A model generated the notes under the pieces. That model worked only from the letters and a program-made list of their open reading frames with translations. It was not told where the DNA came from and did not search any database. This document shows positions 1 through 9,540 of a DNA stretch of 64,000 nt, piece by piece. Source of the DNA: an uncultured delta proteobacterium. GTDB lineage: Bacteria; Desulfobacterota; Desulfomonilia; UBA1062. The DNA is taken from positions 96,001 through 160,000 of the forward strand of contig CAWCTR010000014.1 in assembly GCA_963798485.1 (NCBI GenBank), in the 5' to 3' direction. The position numbers and the translations under genes were made by a program. Each line of letters begins with the position of its first letter. Within the stretch, counting starts at the first letter, position 1.

Positions 1-783
1 CTTTACATCCTTGTGCACCATCTTGGCAAACTCGTCATCAAAAACAGGCATCTCCTTTTGCTTTATCCCCTGGACCTGAATCCTGAGCCCGGCCGACTTA
101 CCCCTCATATCCTCCAGAAAATGGGTTTCGGGAAAGGTTATCTTCACCTCTTTGATATCACCGGTCTTAAGCCCCAACACCTCATTCTCAAGCCCTGGGA
201 AGGCGCTCCGGACACCCGCTTCAATCGTGATCTTGTCCCTGTTCAACTTCTCGTTTTCCTCGCAGGTAATGTTAACAATAGCATAGTCACCGGTCTTAAC
301 TTCAAAATCAGGATCGTCCACATCCTTAACCGTGGCATAGGTTTCCAACAACCTTGTAATGACGTCATCGATGTTCTTATCTTCCACTGCAATCTTCGGC
401 TTTTTCAACTCAAACCCGGTATAAACCTGTGGTACTACCTCCGGCTTCACATCGAACTTCGCAAAAAATGAAAAATCTTCATTCTCCTTCGGCGGTTCAT
501 TCTCAAACTCCGGGACCGACACAACAAAAACATTCTGTTCTTTTGCCGCCTCTTCAAACTTATCCCTTACAAGTTTACGGGAGAGTTCATTGTTGATGTA
601 GTCCTGGTAGTACATCTTAATAATGTGCCTGGGCGCCTTTCCTTTTCTGAATCCTTTTATCGCAACACCCTGGGCAATCTCTTGATAGATCTCCTGCGTT
701 ACCGTAGTCACTTCCTCTTTGGAGACAAACACCTTCATCTGCCTCTTTGTGCCACCGACATCAATAATCTCGACCTTCATCAT
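1..783 (-). CDS. tig: Trigger factor, 3' end truncated by window edge
   Basis: Not in the ORF track. Manual reverse-strand translation from ATG 783 gives MMKVEIIDVGGTKRQMKVFVSKEEV...AIKGFRKGKAPRHIIK, containing the GFRxGxxP ribosome-binding motif. AGAAAGGA RBS upstream. Confidence 0.93.
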   Translation of the reverse strand, partial: MMKVEIIDVGGTKRQMKVFVSKEEVTTVTQEIYQEIAQGVAIKGFRKGKAPRHIIKMYYQDYINNELSRKLVRDKFEEAAKEQNVFVVSVPEFENEPPKENEDFSFFAKFDVKPEVVPQVYTGFELKKPKIAVEDKNIDDVITRLLETYATVKDVDDPDFEVKTGDYAIVNITCEENEKLNRDKITIEAGVRSAFPGLENEVLGLKTGDIKEVKITFPETHFLEDMRGKSAGLRIQVQGIKQKEMPVFDDEFAKMVHKDVK

Positions 784-836
784 GAATCCTTTCTCTATCT
801 GCCGAAGTGGCTATTCCTTTCTCATGTATCCTATAT

Positions 837-1592
837 TCAGGTCAATGGCTTTTTCGGTAAGATAAGAGCCTGGAAGATCATCTCCATGTCATGGTGGTAT
901 GAGTTGTCTTGATTATAAACTATCAAGGGGCTCTCGATGGTGAACTCTTTGCCTCCATCACGCACCCCGCATACAAGGCAGATCTCGCATGTCCTTGTAG
1001 GGGATGTATATACGCACCTCATTTGTTTCGGCTCGATCCGTATGGCCCGCATGGCACACAGGAGATCCGGCACTCTCCATGCCGGATACACGATGTATAA
1101 TCTTCCCAGCGGCCGCAAGAGCCCATACGTCTTCTTCAGCAGCACATCAAGATCCAGAGAGATCTCATGCCTGGCTATTGCCTTTGACCTGTCCGGGTTT
1201 ATCCTGCCGGTGGAAAGCGGCCTGTATGGGGGATTCGCAACCACGGCATCAACCCTGGGTCCGGAATAATCTTTTATATCACAGCAGGTTATCTTGACCT
1301 TATCCGACAGGCCTGAGCGCTCAATGGACCTTTTTGACATCTCAGCCAGGTCTTCCTGTATCTCTATGCCGGTTACATGGAGTCCCTTCACGGCTGAAAG
1401 AAGGATAGCAACCACACCTGAACCTGATCCTATCTCAATGACTTCTGTTCCTGGGGCCTCATCTACAAAGGCCCCGAGGAGATACGAATCGAGCGAGTAC
1501 CGGTAACCTTTTTTCTTCTGGAGGATGGACAGGTTGCAACACGATAAGCTATCGAGCGTCTCATCCTTATTCGGCTCGCATTTTCCCTTCAT
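837..1592 (-). CDS. tRNA1(Val) A37 N6-methyltransferase (TrmN6/YfiC family)
   Basis: Q..GYRYSLDSYLL, EIGSGSG SAM motif, NPPY, ARHE motifs. Confidence 0.88.
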   Translation of the reverse strand: MKGKCEPNKDETLDSLSCCNLSILQKKKGYRYSLDSYLLGAFVDEAPGTEVIEIGSGSGVVAILLSAVKGLHVTGIEIQEDLAEMSKRSIERSGLSDKVKITCCDIKDYSGPRVDAVVANPPYRPLSTGRINPDRSKAIARHEISLDLDVLLKKTYGLLRPLGRLYIVYPAWRVPDLLCAMRAIRIEPKQMRCVYTSPTRTCEICLVCGVRDGGKEFTIESPLIVYNQDNSYHHDMEMIFQALILPKKPLT

Positions 1593-1626
1593 CCATCTCT
1601 ATCCCTTTCACGGCAACTCAATCGGA

Positions 1627-2358
1627 CTATTTATCACTGGAACCAACTTCTGCTTTCATGAGGTCTTCAAACAAGGTAGGGGCTATTGCCATGACGTCAT
1701 TAAACATGAGGTATGCCAGACGTCTGATCTCCCACTCGGCAGACTTCTCAAGGCGAAGCTCGAAGAAATGCCGTAAGGACCGGGCATTGACATAGACATA
1801 TGCCGCTGTGGACCACCCCACAGGCATGAGCCTTCTCAGTTCCTGGTTGCGCACCCCAAGCTTCTGGAGCTCTTCGTAGACATCCATGGAATGCCTGTGT
1901 TCCCTTTCATAAGCCTGATAGATGGATTTCACCTGGTCTTCTGAATCGATATATTCCAGTGCCGGGTAAATGAACATATTCTTGTTGGCCTTTACATATC
2001 TCGTAGATCGGAAGGTCCACCCGATGCCGATCCTATGGCGTGTCCACTGGCCGGCCAGCGATTTGGACACCCCTGTCACATAGTAGACAAACTGTACTGC
2101 CTCCAGGCAGGTCTGGTGGCCCCATGAGATAAGCTTCTTGTTGAGCCGCAGGTCGTCCTCGTGGGTGCCTTCCGATTCATGGCTCTGCCTGGCGGTATAG
2201 GCCGGTAAGGTCTCAATGGTTACATCCTGGGAGGCCATTTCTTCTACGGGCGTGGTAACCCCGATAAGCTTAACCATGGGTTCCTCGTTCCTGAACAGGC
2301 CCTGCCTGATATTGCTCCACTTTTCTATATGTTCCATCTCGGAATTGAAGTACTTCAA
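1627..2358 (-). CDS. thyX: FAD-dependent thymidylate synthase
   Basis: GHQTCLE, QWTRHR...STRYV, NARSLRHFFELR, AEWEIR. Start uncertain (TTG overlapping the upstream stop). Confidence 0.9.
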   Translation of the reverse strand: MKYFNSEMEHIEKWSNIRQGLFRNEEPMVKLIGVTTPVEEMASQDVTIETLPAYTARQSHESEGTHEDDLRLNKKLISWGHQTCLEAVQFVYYVTGVSKSLAGQWTRHRIGIGWTFRSTRYVKANKNMFIYPALEYIDSEDQVKSIYQAYEREHRHSMDVYEELQKLGVRNQELRRLMPVGWSTAAYVYVNARSLRHFFELRLEKSAEWEIRRLAYLMFNDVMAIAPTLFEDLMKAEVGSSDK

Positions 2359-2939
2359 AATGGTCTCTCCTCCTTGCCATTGGTTGAAACCCGCTCACCC
2401 TGCCACACCCCCCTGTATGGCACTGCATTACCCTCAATGGGGAAAAATGCGATGCACAGGATACGGAAACCCATCTGTATCTCCACATCCATGAACCCCT
2501 GATGCTTCATACCCACGGTAAGCTTGCCCTGGTAATTAGGTGATATAAAGGCCGTTTCCAGCGGTATGCCCGAACGGATCAGTGTGGTGCGCGGCCTTAT
2601 GTATGCAAAAAGATTCGAGGGCAGATTGATCTGCTCAATGGTCTGGAAAAGCAGATAATCACCCGGCTTGACCGTAAACACCCCATCGGGCATGTCGGTT
2701 ATATCCATGAGCTTGTCAATCTCGGGGGTGACTCGGCTGTCTCTCATAAGACATGCCTTGCCAATAGGTTTGTATACTGCACCAAGACGCAAGTCCACGG
2801 TGGTACCCTCAATACCGTCAATCTGGTCCGTGCCAAGATACTCGACAAGAGGTTTCATCACATTCTTTCGAGTGATGTGGTCTTCCACCTCAACCCCATG
2901 GCAAATCATCTGGATGATCCTGTCGGCCCCCAATACCAT
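2355..2939 (-). CDS. dCTP deaminase/dUTPase-fold protein (trimeric dUTPase superfamily)
   Basis: TVDLRLG, E.INLP, PRTTLIRSG, PNYQGKL, YRGVWQG. The usual Dcd catalytic Glu position reads LTVGM. Confidence 0.8.
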   Translation of the reverse strand: MVLGADRIIQMICHGVEVEDHITRKNVMKPLVEYLGTDQIDGIEGTTVDLRLGAVYKPIGKACLMRDSRVTPEIDKLMDITDMPDGVFTVKPGDYLLFQTIEQINLPSNLFAYIRPRTTLIRSGIPLETAFISPNYQGKLTVGMKHQGFMDVEIQMGFRILCIAFFPIEGNAVPYRGVWQGERVSTNGKEERPF

Positions 2940-3476
2940 CTACAGCCTCCTCTTCGATGTGTCACCACTCATGAATTGCATAGCATACTCCATTGTCTCA
3001 TTATTGATTCCCAGTTGTTCAACTATCGTGTGGCTCAATGCAAGCACATCCTTCCAATACTGGTCTCGCTCCGGGATGGGTGAATCATAGGGGTGCTCAT
3101 AGACAACCCTGGCGATTCCCGACATCACGATGAGTTTAGAGCACGTTATACACGGTTCGAGCGTGCAATATATGGTTGCCCCCTCAAGGCTGACCCCCTT
3201 CTTTGCTGCCAGAGAGACGGCATTGGCCTCTGCATGGGCTGATCTGCACATGTCATACTTCATGGCCTCAGGCCATTTGAGTGACCTCCGGAAGCAGATC
3301 CCGTCATCCATGCAATGGGATTGCCCCGGCAGAGAGCCATTGTAGCCCGTTGTAACAACCTGCTTGTCCTTAACCACGACAGCACCGGTTGGCCTTGAAA
3401 GGCATGTTGAGCGGGAGGCTGCCAGTTTTGCAAGCATCATAAAGTATTCATCCCATGAAGGTCTTCTCTGACTCAT
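2940..3476 (-). CDS. dCMP deaminase (ComEB-like zinc deaminase)
   Basis: RPSWDEYFM, RSTC, TGYNG, HAEANA, EPCITC. Confidence 0.92.
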   Translation of the reverse strand: MSQRRPSWDEYFMMLAKLAASRSTCLSRPTGAVVVKDKQVVTTGYNGSLPGQSHCMDDGICFRRSLKWPEAMKYDMCRSAHAEANAVSLAAKKGVSLEGATIYCTLEPCITCSKLIVMSGIARVVYEHPYDSPIPERDQYWKDVLALSHTIVEQLGINNETMEYAMQFMSGDTSKRRL

Positions 3477-3670
3477 ACAGGTGGCCTCAAAAATACTTAT
3501 TAGTGAAAACAGGTGGGCTTCATATAATACGAAGTCCTAGAACCTGTAAAGATTCAAACCTGGGATTTCAAAAGAGATCAGCTTTCTAGACAATCGATGA
3601 GCATGAGCTTGGAATTAAATACGGACCGAGGCACATCGCCTGCGGCCCGATATTTCCTTAACAATACAAG

Positions 3671-4738
3671 CTACAGAATATTAGAAATCAGGAACAACGT
3701 GAGCATGGACTTAGAGGGCAGTATTTCTCGGTGTCCACAGAATGTCTTTTGCTCTACACCCTCAAACCTGGACTTGGTGAAGTATAATCCCTTGAAGCTG
3801 TATATCATGTTTCCATACTTATAGAGCAGTCGGATAATCATCTTCGTGAGCTTTGACTCACAGGGCGCATCCTTCTCATCCACAACCGCCGGGCACAGGC
3901 CGAGGTGCAAATACTTCACCCCCTCTTTCTTGAAGACTTCCATGGCATGGCACATGAGGGGATAGAAGATCCCCTGCTTGAATTTGTTGCTGAACCGGGA
4001 GATGTTGGGTACATAGCTGACTACCTTGCCGTCCTTATAGAGCGGATCGAAAAAGATAAAGCCTACGAGTTTTCCTTCATGATACGCACAGAACTTTCTT
4101 GTACCTTCCTGGTATTCCTGGTCCATGGGACGGATGAGAAAAACGACCTCACGGTTTCTAACCTTGCGGGTCTTGAGCCATTCCTTTGTAAGCTGGCGGC
4201 ACCCATCTTCTGAACTGTTCTCTTCTATCGTCACACCCTCCTTCGTGGCATGATTTACCGATGTCCTCAGGACCTGTTTTTTCTTGCCCTTGAGATCCCA
4301 TTTCTCAAGATCGACCACTGATTCGATACCAAACTGGGTAGCGTAATACCCTAACTTCTCATGAAGAAATTCTGCCATACCCTGAGAGATCTGGACAAAG
4401 GCAGTGTTTGTCCTATCCTTGAGAAACTCCCGGATGAGGAGTTCCCTGTCTTTCACATCACAGATAGGGTCAGCAAGGACGAACCGGGTACCCCATTTCT
4501 TCCTGTAGGTTATGAACCCGACCCCTGGTATATCGAAAAAGTGCATTTCCGGTTGCAGCATTGAAAAGGACAGGCAGTGATCACCGTATTTCCTGAGGTA
4601 GGAGATCCTCTCGTCGAAGGAGAATACATCAATCCCTGCACGGGTGCCGGGTCTGTAATCATCTATGGAGATAACCTTGGCCGGGAAGAACTCCCTTGGA
4701 CTCCTTACGAGTGGTTTTACCTGCGCCATGGTACTCAT
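3671..4738 (-). CDS. Stand-alone DUF2156 / MprF-type aminoacyl-tRNA-dependent transferase domain
   Basis: VLADP, GIESVVDLEKWDLKGKKKQVLRTSVN, LHLGLCP, YSFKGLYFTKSRF match the LPG-synthase C-terminal fold. No membrane or flippase domain. Confidence 0.8.
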   Translation of the reverse strand: MSTMAQVKPLVRSPREFFPAKVISIDDYRPGTRAGIDVFSFDERISYLRKYGDHCLSFSMLQPEMHFFDIPGVGFITYRKKWGTRFVLADPICDVKDRELLIREFLKDRTNTAFVQISQGMAEFLHEKLGYYATQFGIESVVDLEKWDLKGKKKQVLRTSVNHATKEGVTIEENSSEDGCRQLTKEWLKTRKVRNREVVFLIRPMDQEYQEGTRKFCAYHEGKLVGFIFFDPLYKDGKVVSYVPNISRFSNKFKQGIFYPLMCHAMEVFKKEGVKYLHLGLCPAVVDEKDAPCESKLTKMIIRLLYKYGNMIYSFKGLYFTKSRFEGVEQKTFCGHREILPSKSMLTLFLISNIL

Positions 4739-4774
4739 ATATGCATCTCTCCTTTTTTATTATCCGTTTATGCC

Positions 4775-6382
4775 CTAGCGATTTTTCCCGAAACGCTCAT
4801 GGCTCGTGACCCAATCTAAAGATGAGAGAGCTCCTGCCAGCGAGATCTCGCCTGCTATCACGACTGCTGCTGCAATCTCTGCGAACTTTAGGACCTTGCC
4901 CTGACCACAGCATCCAAGGATATCGAGACACTCTCTCTGGGTAGGAAGGCCGGTGCCTCCTCCATGGGTGGCCACAATGAGAGAAGGCAGCGTTACTGAA
5001 CCATAGAGGTCCCCTTCCGGTGTTATCTCGGTATAGATGAGAGTCGCAGCAGACTCAGCGACATTGGCTACATCCTGTCCGGTGGCAATAAAGAGTGCTG
5101 TCAGTGCGTTTGCCGCATGAAGGGCATTGCTTGAAGAACCTGCCATAAAGGCGCCAAGGTTGCCTACTCGGCAAAGATGGTCGAGGGTCTCCGGGTCAAC
5201 CCGCATATGCTGGATCATGACCTCTCGCGGAATGACGATCTCCGCCGTGACTCTCTTCCCTCGTGTATTCATGGTATTGACCACAGAAGCCTTCTTATCA
5301 GTAGCAAAGTTTGATTCCATATAGAAGTGGCGGACGGTATTTACCTGGGCAAGGATCCAACTGCATGCCGTGAAGGTGGCCATACTCACCATATTCTGCC
5401 CTGCCGCATCACCGGTGAAGTAATTGAACCGTAGATATACGAACTTGCTTGCCTGGTATCTTTCGACATTGAGAAACTTTGCTACCCTGGAACAGGACTC
5501 GGCCTGCTGGCGGATCTCATCGATATGTTCATCAATCCATACCACGAAGTCCCTGGCTTCCCGAGCTGAATCGAATGCAAAAGCAGGTGCCCTCTGCATA
5601 CGGTCTTCTACGACGGTGGTGGTCGTACCGCCGCACATGTTGATGATCTTCATGCCCCTGTTGTATGATGCCACCAGAGTCCCTTCGCTGGTGCATAGGG
5701 GGATGAGGAACTCGCCCTTTGCATGCTCGCCGTTGATCTTGACAGGCCCTGCAAACCCAAGGGGTATCTGCGCTACGCCGGTGAAATTCTCAATATTGCC
5801 CTTTGTGACTATAGGATCAAAAGAATGGTGTTTAACATGATGAAGGTGAACGCCGGTATATTCTTCTACGAAATCCTGTCGTTGACGGACGATATCCATA
5901 TCGTAATTATTCTGCTTGTCGCATGGAACCTTTTTCTGTGTTGTTCTCGTTTCAATAACCGAGTCCTTAGCTTCCAGATCCAGTATGCCGTAAGGATCTG
6001 TATTGCAGGATATGGTGATCTGATGTTCGATATTTTTCGCAAGGGCGATTGCCCGTGCATGAAACTCTACATCCATCCCCATGGGGAAAGGAAGAGGCTG
6101 GTCCTGGTTTATCTCATTGGCCTTGAGTTTAGTTCCGTTATTCCTCATGATCACATCATCCAAAGGGATTTCGAGGCCATTGATGCAAATGCCTGTAATG
6201 CCTGTAATTAAACCATCTTTCATAGGATTTTTAATAGTGAATGATACTCCGTCGTCGACATTCTTCAGGCTTCCGATGGAATAGATCTTCTTCAAGATGA
6301 GAGGAGATATCGCAATATGATTCTTTGGTTCCGATATCCTGCTGATAGACACAAGTCTTGGTTCTGTCGTTGTATTTCGCAT
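4775..6382 (-). CDS. Class I HMG-CoA reductase with extra N-terminal domain
   Basis: ENFTG, TSEGTLVAS, DAAGQNM, TDKK, GQDVA, HGGGT, GEIS and C-terminal His. Start moved to ATG 6382 (AAGGGA RBS). Confidence 0.88.
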   Translation of the reverse strand: MRNTTTEPRLVSISRISEPKNHIAISPLILKKIYSIGSLKNVDDGVSFTIKNPMKDGLITGITGICINGLEIPLDDVIMRNNGTKLKANEINQDQPLPFPMGMDVEFHARAIALAKNIEHQITISCNTDPYGILDLEAKDSVIETRTTQKKVPCDKQNNYDMDIVRQRQDFVEEYTGVHLHHVKHHSFDPIVTKGNIENFTGVAQIPLGFAGPVKINGEHAKGEFLIPLCTSEGTLVASYNRGMKIINMCGGTTTTVVEDRMQRAPAFAFDSAREARDFVVWIDEHIDEIRQQAESCSRVAKFLNVERYQASKFVYLRFNYFTGDAAGQNMVSMATFTACSWILAQVNTVRHFYMESNFATDKKASVVNTMNTRGKRVTAEIVIPREVMIQHMRVDPETLDHLCRVGNLGAFMAGSSSNALHAANALTALFIATGQDVANVAESAATLIYTEITPEGDLYGSVTLPSLIVATHGGGTGLPTQRECLDILGCCGQGKVLKFAEIAAAVVIAGEISLAGALSSLDWVTSHERFGKNR

Positions 6383-6785
6383 TATTCCCTTCCTTTCATT
6401 AAATCTGGGAAAAAATCCCAACTTACCGATTGTTGTTTTTTCCATCCAGGGATATTAACCATGTCCCAATGATAATCACGAAACGTGCCAAGATTGGGCA
6501 AATAAATTACGAAACTACCCTCAGTCGATTATCAGGCGCTGTCTAGTACTATTTTTAGTATAACATGTTATTTCGATAAGTTATAAAACATGATCCTAGT
6601 GGATAATATTTTGTTATGTGAATTATTTTTCCACTATCCGAAGAAAAGCTTTTCTTGGATAAACAAAAAATCATAATGGTTAACAAGCAAAGATTAAACT
6701 GCTATGAAAAAATATCAATCGAGTTTTTTGGGGGGGGCGGTTCAATATTATTCTATGCCAGGCGTAAAGGTGCCCATAACAATAT

Positions 6786-8651
6786 ATGACTTCTACAAAA
6801 AGGTTGATTACAAAACTCACCATACGCCTCGAACTATACATCAATCTCATTGTAGTTCCATTGGCTTTATATTACGGAACCATTGCAGGAATGTTTCAGG
6901 GGAAAAAGTTGTTATATGTTATCTATACTGCAATAATATCGGCAACCCTTGCAACCCTCTTCGGCATGTCCATCCGTATATGGAAGCTTAACGGGATCTT
7001 GAATGCCCTTGATGCAGGGACAGAAGACTATGCAAAGATCAAGCTTGATCTTCTCTCCTACCCCACAACCGAGAGCATTGTCATAGTTCTTCGATGGGTC
7101 CTCGGCCTGGTGTGTCAATATGCGATTTTGCAGTCATCGGTTGGGATTACATGGTTTGAGACATTGCCGGTATTCTTTATCCTGCTTCTCTGTATCCCTA
7201 TAAACAGCATCATATCCTATTGCACTACGGAACATCTCCTTTCGCCTGTCCTCATGGATGATCGCATCAAAGGGGTACATCTCCCTCGGGACTCATATAC
7301 CCTATTCAGTGTCTCTTCCCGGACTACATTCATTGTTATCTCCGTTCTTATCATCCCTTTGGTCACCCTTGGTCATTTTTTATTCATATCCCATCTCCAG
7401 GCCATCAGTCTTAGTGATCTCTCCTTCAATGTTTTTATTATCCTGTCACTTTCACTGGCTGCCATCTTTGTAACCGTGCATGAATCGAATGCAGGTATAC
7501 AGTCAGGATTGAGAATGACCCTGGAGACCCTGGGAGAGCTCGAAAAGGGAAATCTCCTTGTAGCGCCTATACCATTGTTAGCCAAGGGAGAAATCGGTGT
7601 CATCAGCCAATCCGTGAATGTCCTGGCCCATTCTTTACGAAACTCAGAAGAGATGTTCTCAAAGGCCTTCAGATCCAGCCCAGTCGGAATTGTAATCTGG
7701 AGGGTTATCGATGGCTGCTTTCTCAATGTGAACGAAAGTTTTTTCAAGATATCCGGTTTTTCAAGGGATTCTGTCATAGGGAGGACCCTTGAAGAAGTCG
7801 GGCTCTTTAATACAATCTCTGACTATTACCGTATGGTCCAAACCCTTCAAGGTCAAGGACAGGTCCGTGGATTTGAAACAGAATTCCACACCAGCACCGG
7901 AGAAATCAGGATGGTCACCATATCAGCCGAGATGATCATGCTCACGGATGAGCAGTGTATGATAGCGACCATAGAAGATGTCACTGAGAAAAAGACTTTG
8001 GAAAAAGAGATCCTGATTATTGGTGAAAGGGAGCGACAGAAAATCGGCCAGGACCTGCATGACGATCTCGCCCCGCACCTCATAGGCATTGAGGTTATGA
8101 GCGAGTTATTGAAAAAAAAGCTCCAGGAAAACAGTGTTCCTTCAACCGGTGAGGTAGAAAAGATCAGGAGCCTGATCGAACAGGCCATTCAAAAAACAAG
8201 GAGACTCTCCAGAGGATTATGCCCGGTCTTCCTCGCTGATCACGGGCTTGAGTCATTGTTGCAGGAGATGGCATCAAACATAAACGAGGTATATGGGATT
8301 ACCTGCATGTTCCATTATCAACAATCCATCTTAATCGATGACATTTCCATATGTACCCATATATACTATATAGTACACGAAGCCATTTATAATGCAATAA
8401 GACATGGGAAGGCAGACAGGATTACTATTGATTTATTGTATGAAAATAATATTGTGATGCTTACCACCGCAGATAACGGCATAGGAATGCAAAACCATGA
8501 GGAACCACAGGGTATGGGGCTCAAGATTATGAATTTCCGCGCAAATATGATAGGGGCGAATTTAACAATATCCAGCAATCAGGACAAAGGTACCAAAGTG
8601 ACTCTATCTTTCAAGTATGATGGTCATAATGAAACGAATATTTGGAAATAA
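6786..8651 (+). CDS. Membrane sensor histidine kinase (TM-HAMP-PAS-HisKA_3-HATPase)
   Basis: Hydrophobic N-terminal segments, PAS (FLNVNESF..GF), ERQKIGQDLHDDL, EAIYNAIRHG, DNGIG, GMGL. Confidence 0.9.
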   Translation: MTSTKRLITKLTIRLELYINLIVVPLALYYGTIAGMFQGKKLLYVIYTAIISATLATLFGMSIRIWKLNGILNALDAGTEDYAKIKLDLLSYPTTESIVIVLRWVLGLVCQYAILQSSVGITWFETLPVFFILLLCIPINSIISYCTTEHLLSPVLMDDRIKGVHLPRDSYTLFSVSSRTTFIVISVLIIPLVTLGHFLFISHLQAISLSDLSFNVFIILSLSLAAIFVTVHESNAGIQSGLRMTLETLGELEKGNLLVAPIPLLAKGEIGVISQSVNVLAHSLRNSEEMFSKAFRSSPVGIVIWRVIDGCFLNVNESFFKISGFSRDSVIGRTLEEVGLFNTISDYYRMVQTLQGQGQVRGFETEFHTSTGEIRMVTISAEMIMLTDEQCMIATIEDVTEKKTLEKEILIIGERERQKIGQDLHDDLAPHLIGIEVMSELLKKKLQENSVPSTGEVEKIRSLIEQAIQKTRRLSRGLCPVFLADHGLESLLQEMASNINEVYGITCMFHYQQSILIDDISICTHIYYIVHEAIYNAIRHGKADRITIDLLYENNIVMLTTADNGIGMQNHEEPQGMGLKIMNFRANMIGANLTISSNQDKGTKVTLSFKYDGHNETNIWK

Positions 8652-8657
8652 ATCGAT

Positions 8658-9314
8658 ATGAACAGCTCTAAGATGGTCAAGATACTGATTGTGGAAGATC
8701 ATGAAATTTTCCGGCTTGGAATCAAAGAACTGATCAACCATGAGCATGATCTTACCGTGTGTGGCGAGGCGGAAGATGTCGATACCGCCAGGACCCTCAT
8801 AAAAGAATTCCATCCTGACATGGTCATCATAGATATCACCTTGAAAAAAAGCAACGGCATGGAGCTCATCAAGGAGATCAGCACCTTTCATAAGACTATG
8901 AAGATGCTTGTTCTGTCCATGCATGACGAGCTCCTTTACGCCGAACGGTCTCTTCAGGCCGGCGCACAAGGCTATATCATGAAGCAGGAGACCTCAAAGT
9001 CAATAGTAAAGGCCATTCGCCACATTTTGCAGGGTAATATCTATGTCAGCGAGAGCATCATGAGCAATCTCCTGAACAGGGTGCGGACCGGCCAGGATAC
9101 TTTTGAGAAGTCACCGGTTGAGAACCTTTCTGACCGAGAGCTTGAGGTCTTGAGAAGGATCGGACAAGGAAGATCTTCCAGTGAGATTGCCGATGAAATG
9201 AACCTGAGCATAAGCACCATCAGCACTTATCGTGAGAGAATCAAAGAAAAACTTCAGTTGAAAAATTCTGCGGAACTCGTACGATATGCCGTCCACTGGG
9301 AAGAGAATAAGTAA
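8658..9314 (+). CDS. NarL/LuxR-family response regulator
   Basis: EDH, receiver Asp, LSMHDE, LSDRELEV HTH. Confidence 0.93.
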   Translation: MNSSKMVKILIVEDHEIFRLGIKELINHEHDLTVCGEAEDVDTARTLIKEFHPDMVIIDITLKKSNGMELIKEISTFHKTMKMLVLSMHDELLYAERSLQAGAQGYIMKQETSKSIVKAIRHILQGNIYVSESIMSNLLNRVRTGQDTFEKSPVENLSDRELEVLRRIGQGRSSSEIADEMNLSISTISTYRERIKEKLQLKNSAELVRYAVHWEENK

Positions 9315-9383
9315 TATTCAATAAATATCGTTTTTATTCTCTTACATAAAGCCATTCAGTCTCCTAAGTTTTATAACATCTCC

Positions 9384-9425
9384 TGTAATGTATCATTCTA
9401 CATTGCACTACAAGCAGCCACTACA
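9384..9425 (+). promoter_or_regulatory. Putative response-regulator binding repeats upstream of the AOR operon
   Basis: CTACA at 9398, 9408 and 9421 plus TGTA at 9384, upstream of TATAAT near 9469. Confidence 0.35.
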
Positions 9426-9540
9426 AAAGATTAGCTTCCCCCTTGATTGAATCATATGAGAGATTATTAGTATAATATAATTACATTATGAATAGGAGCA
9501 CGGCACTATACTATATAAAATAAATACCGGAGGTGGTCAC

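Noticed and set aside
13-471. 152-aa plus-strand ORF
   Set aside because: Antisense shadow of tig.
6475-6491. Sigma54 promoter for the first HMGR (TGGCACG-TTTC-GTGAT, minus strand)
   Set aside because: Good -24 box, but the invariant -12 GC is GA.
6724-6737. T6-G8 tract upstream of the sensor kinase as a phase-variation switch
   Set aside because: Short tract with no evidence of length variation from a single sequence.
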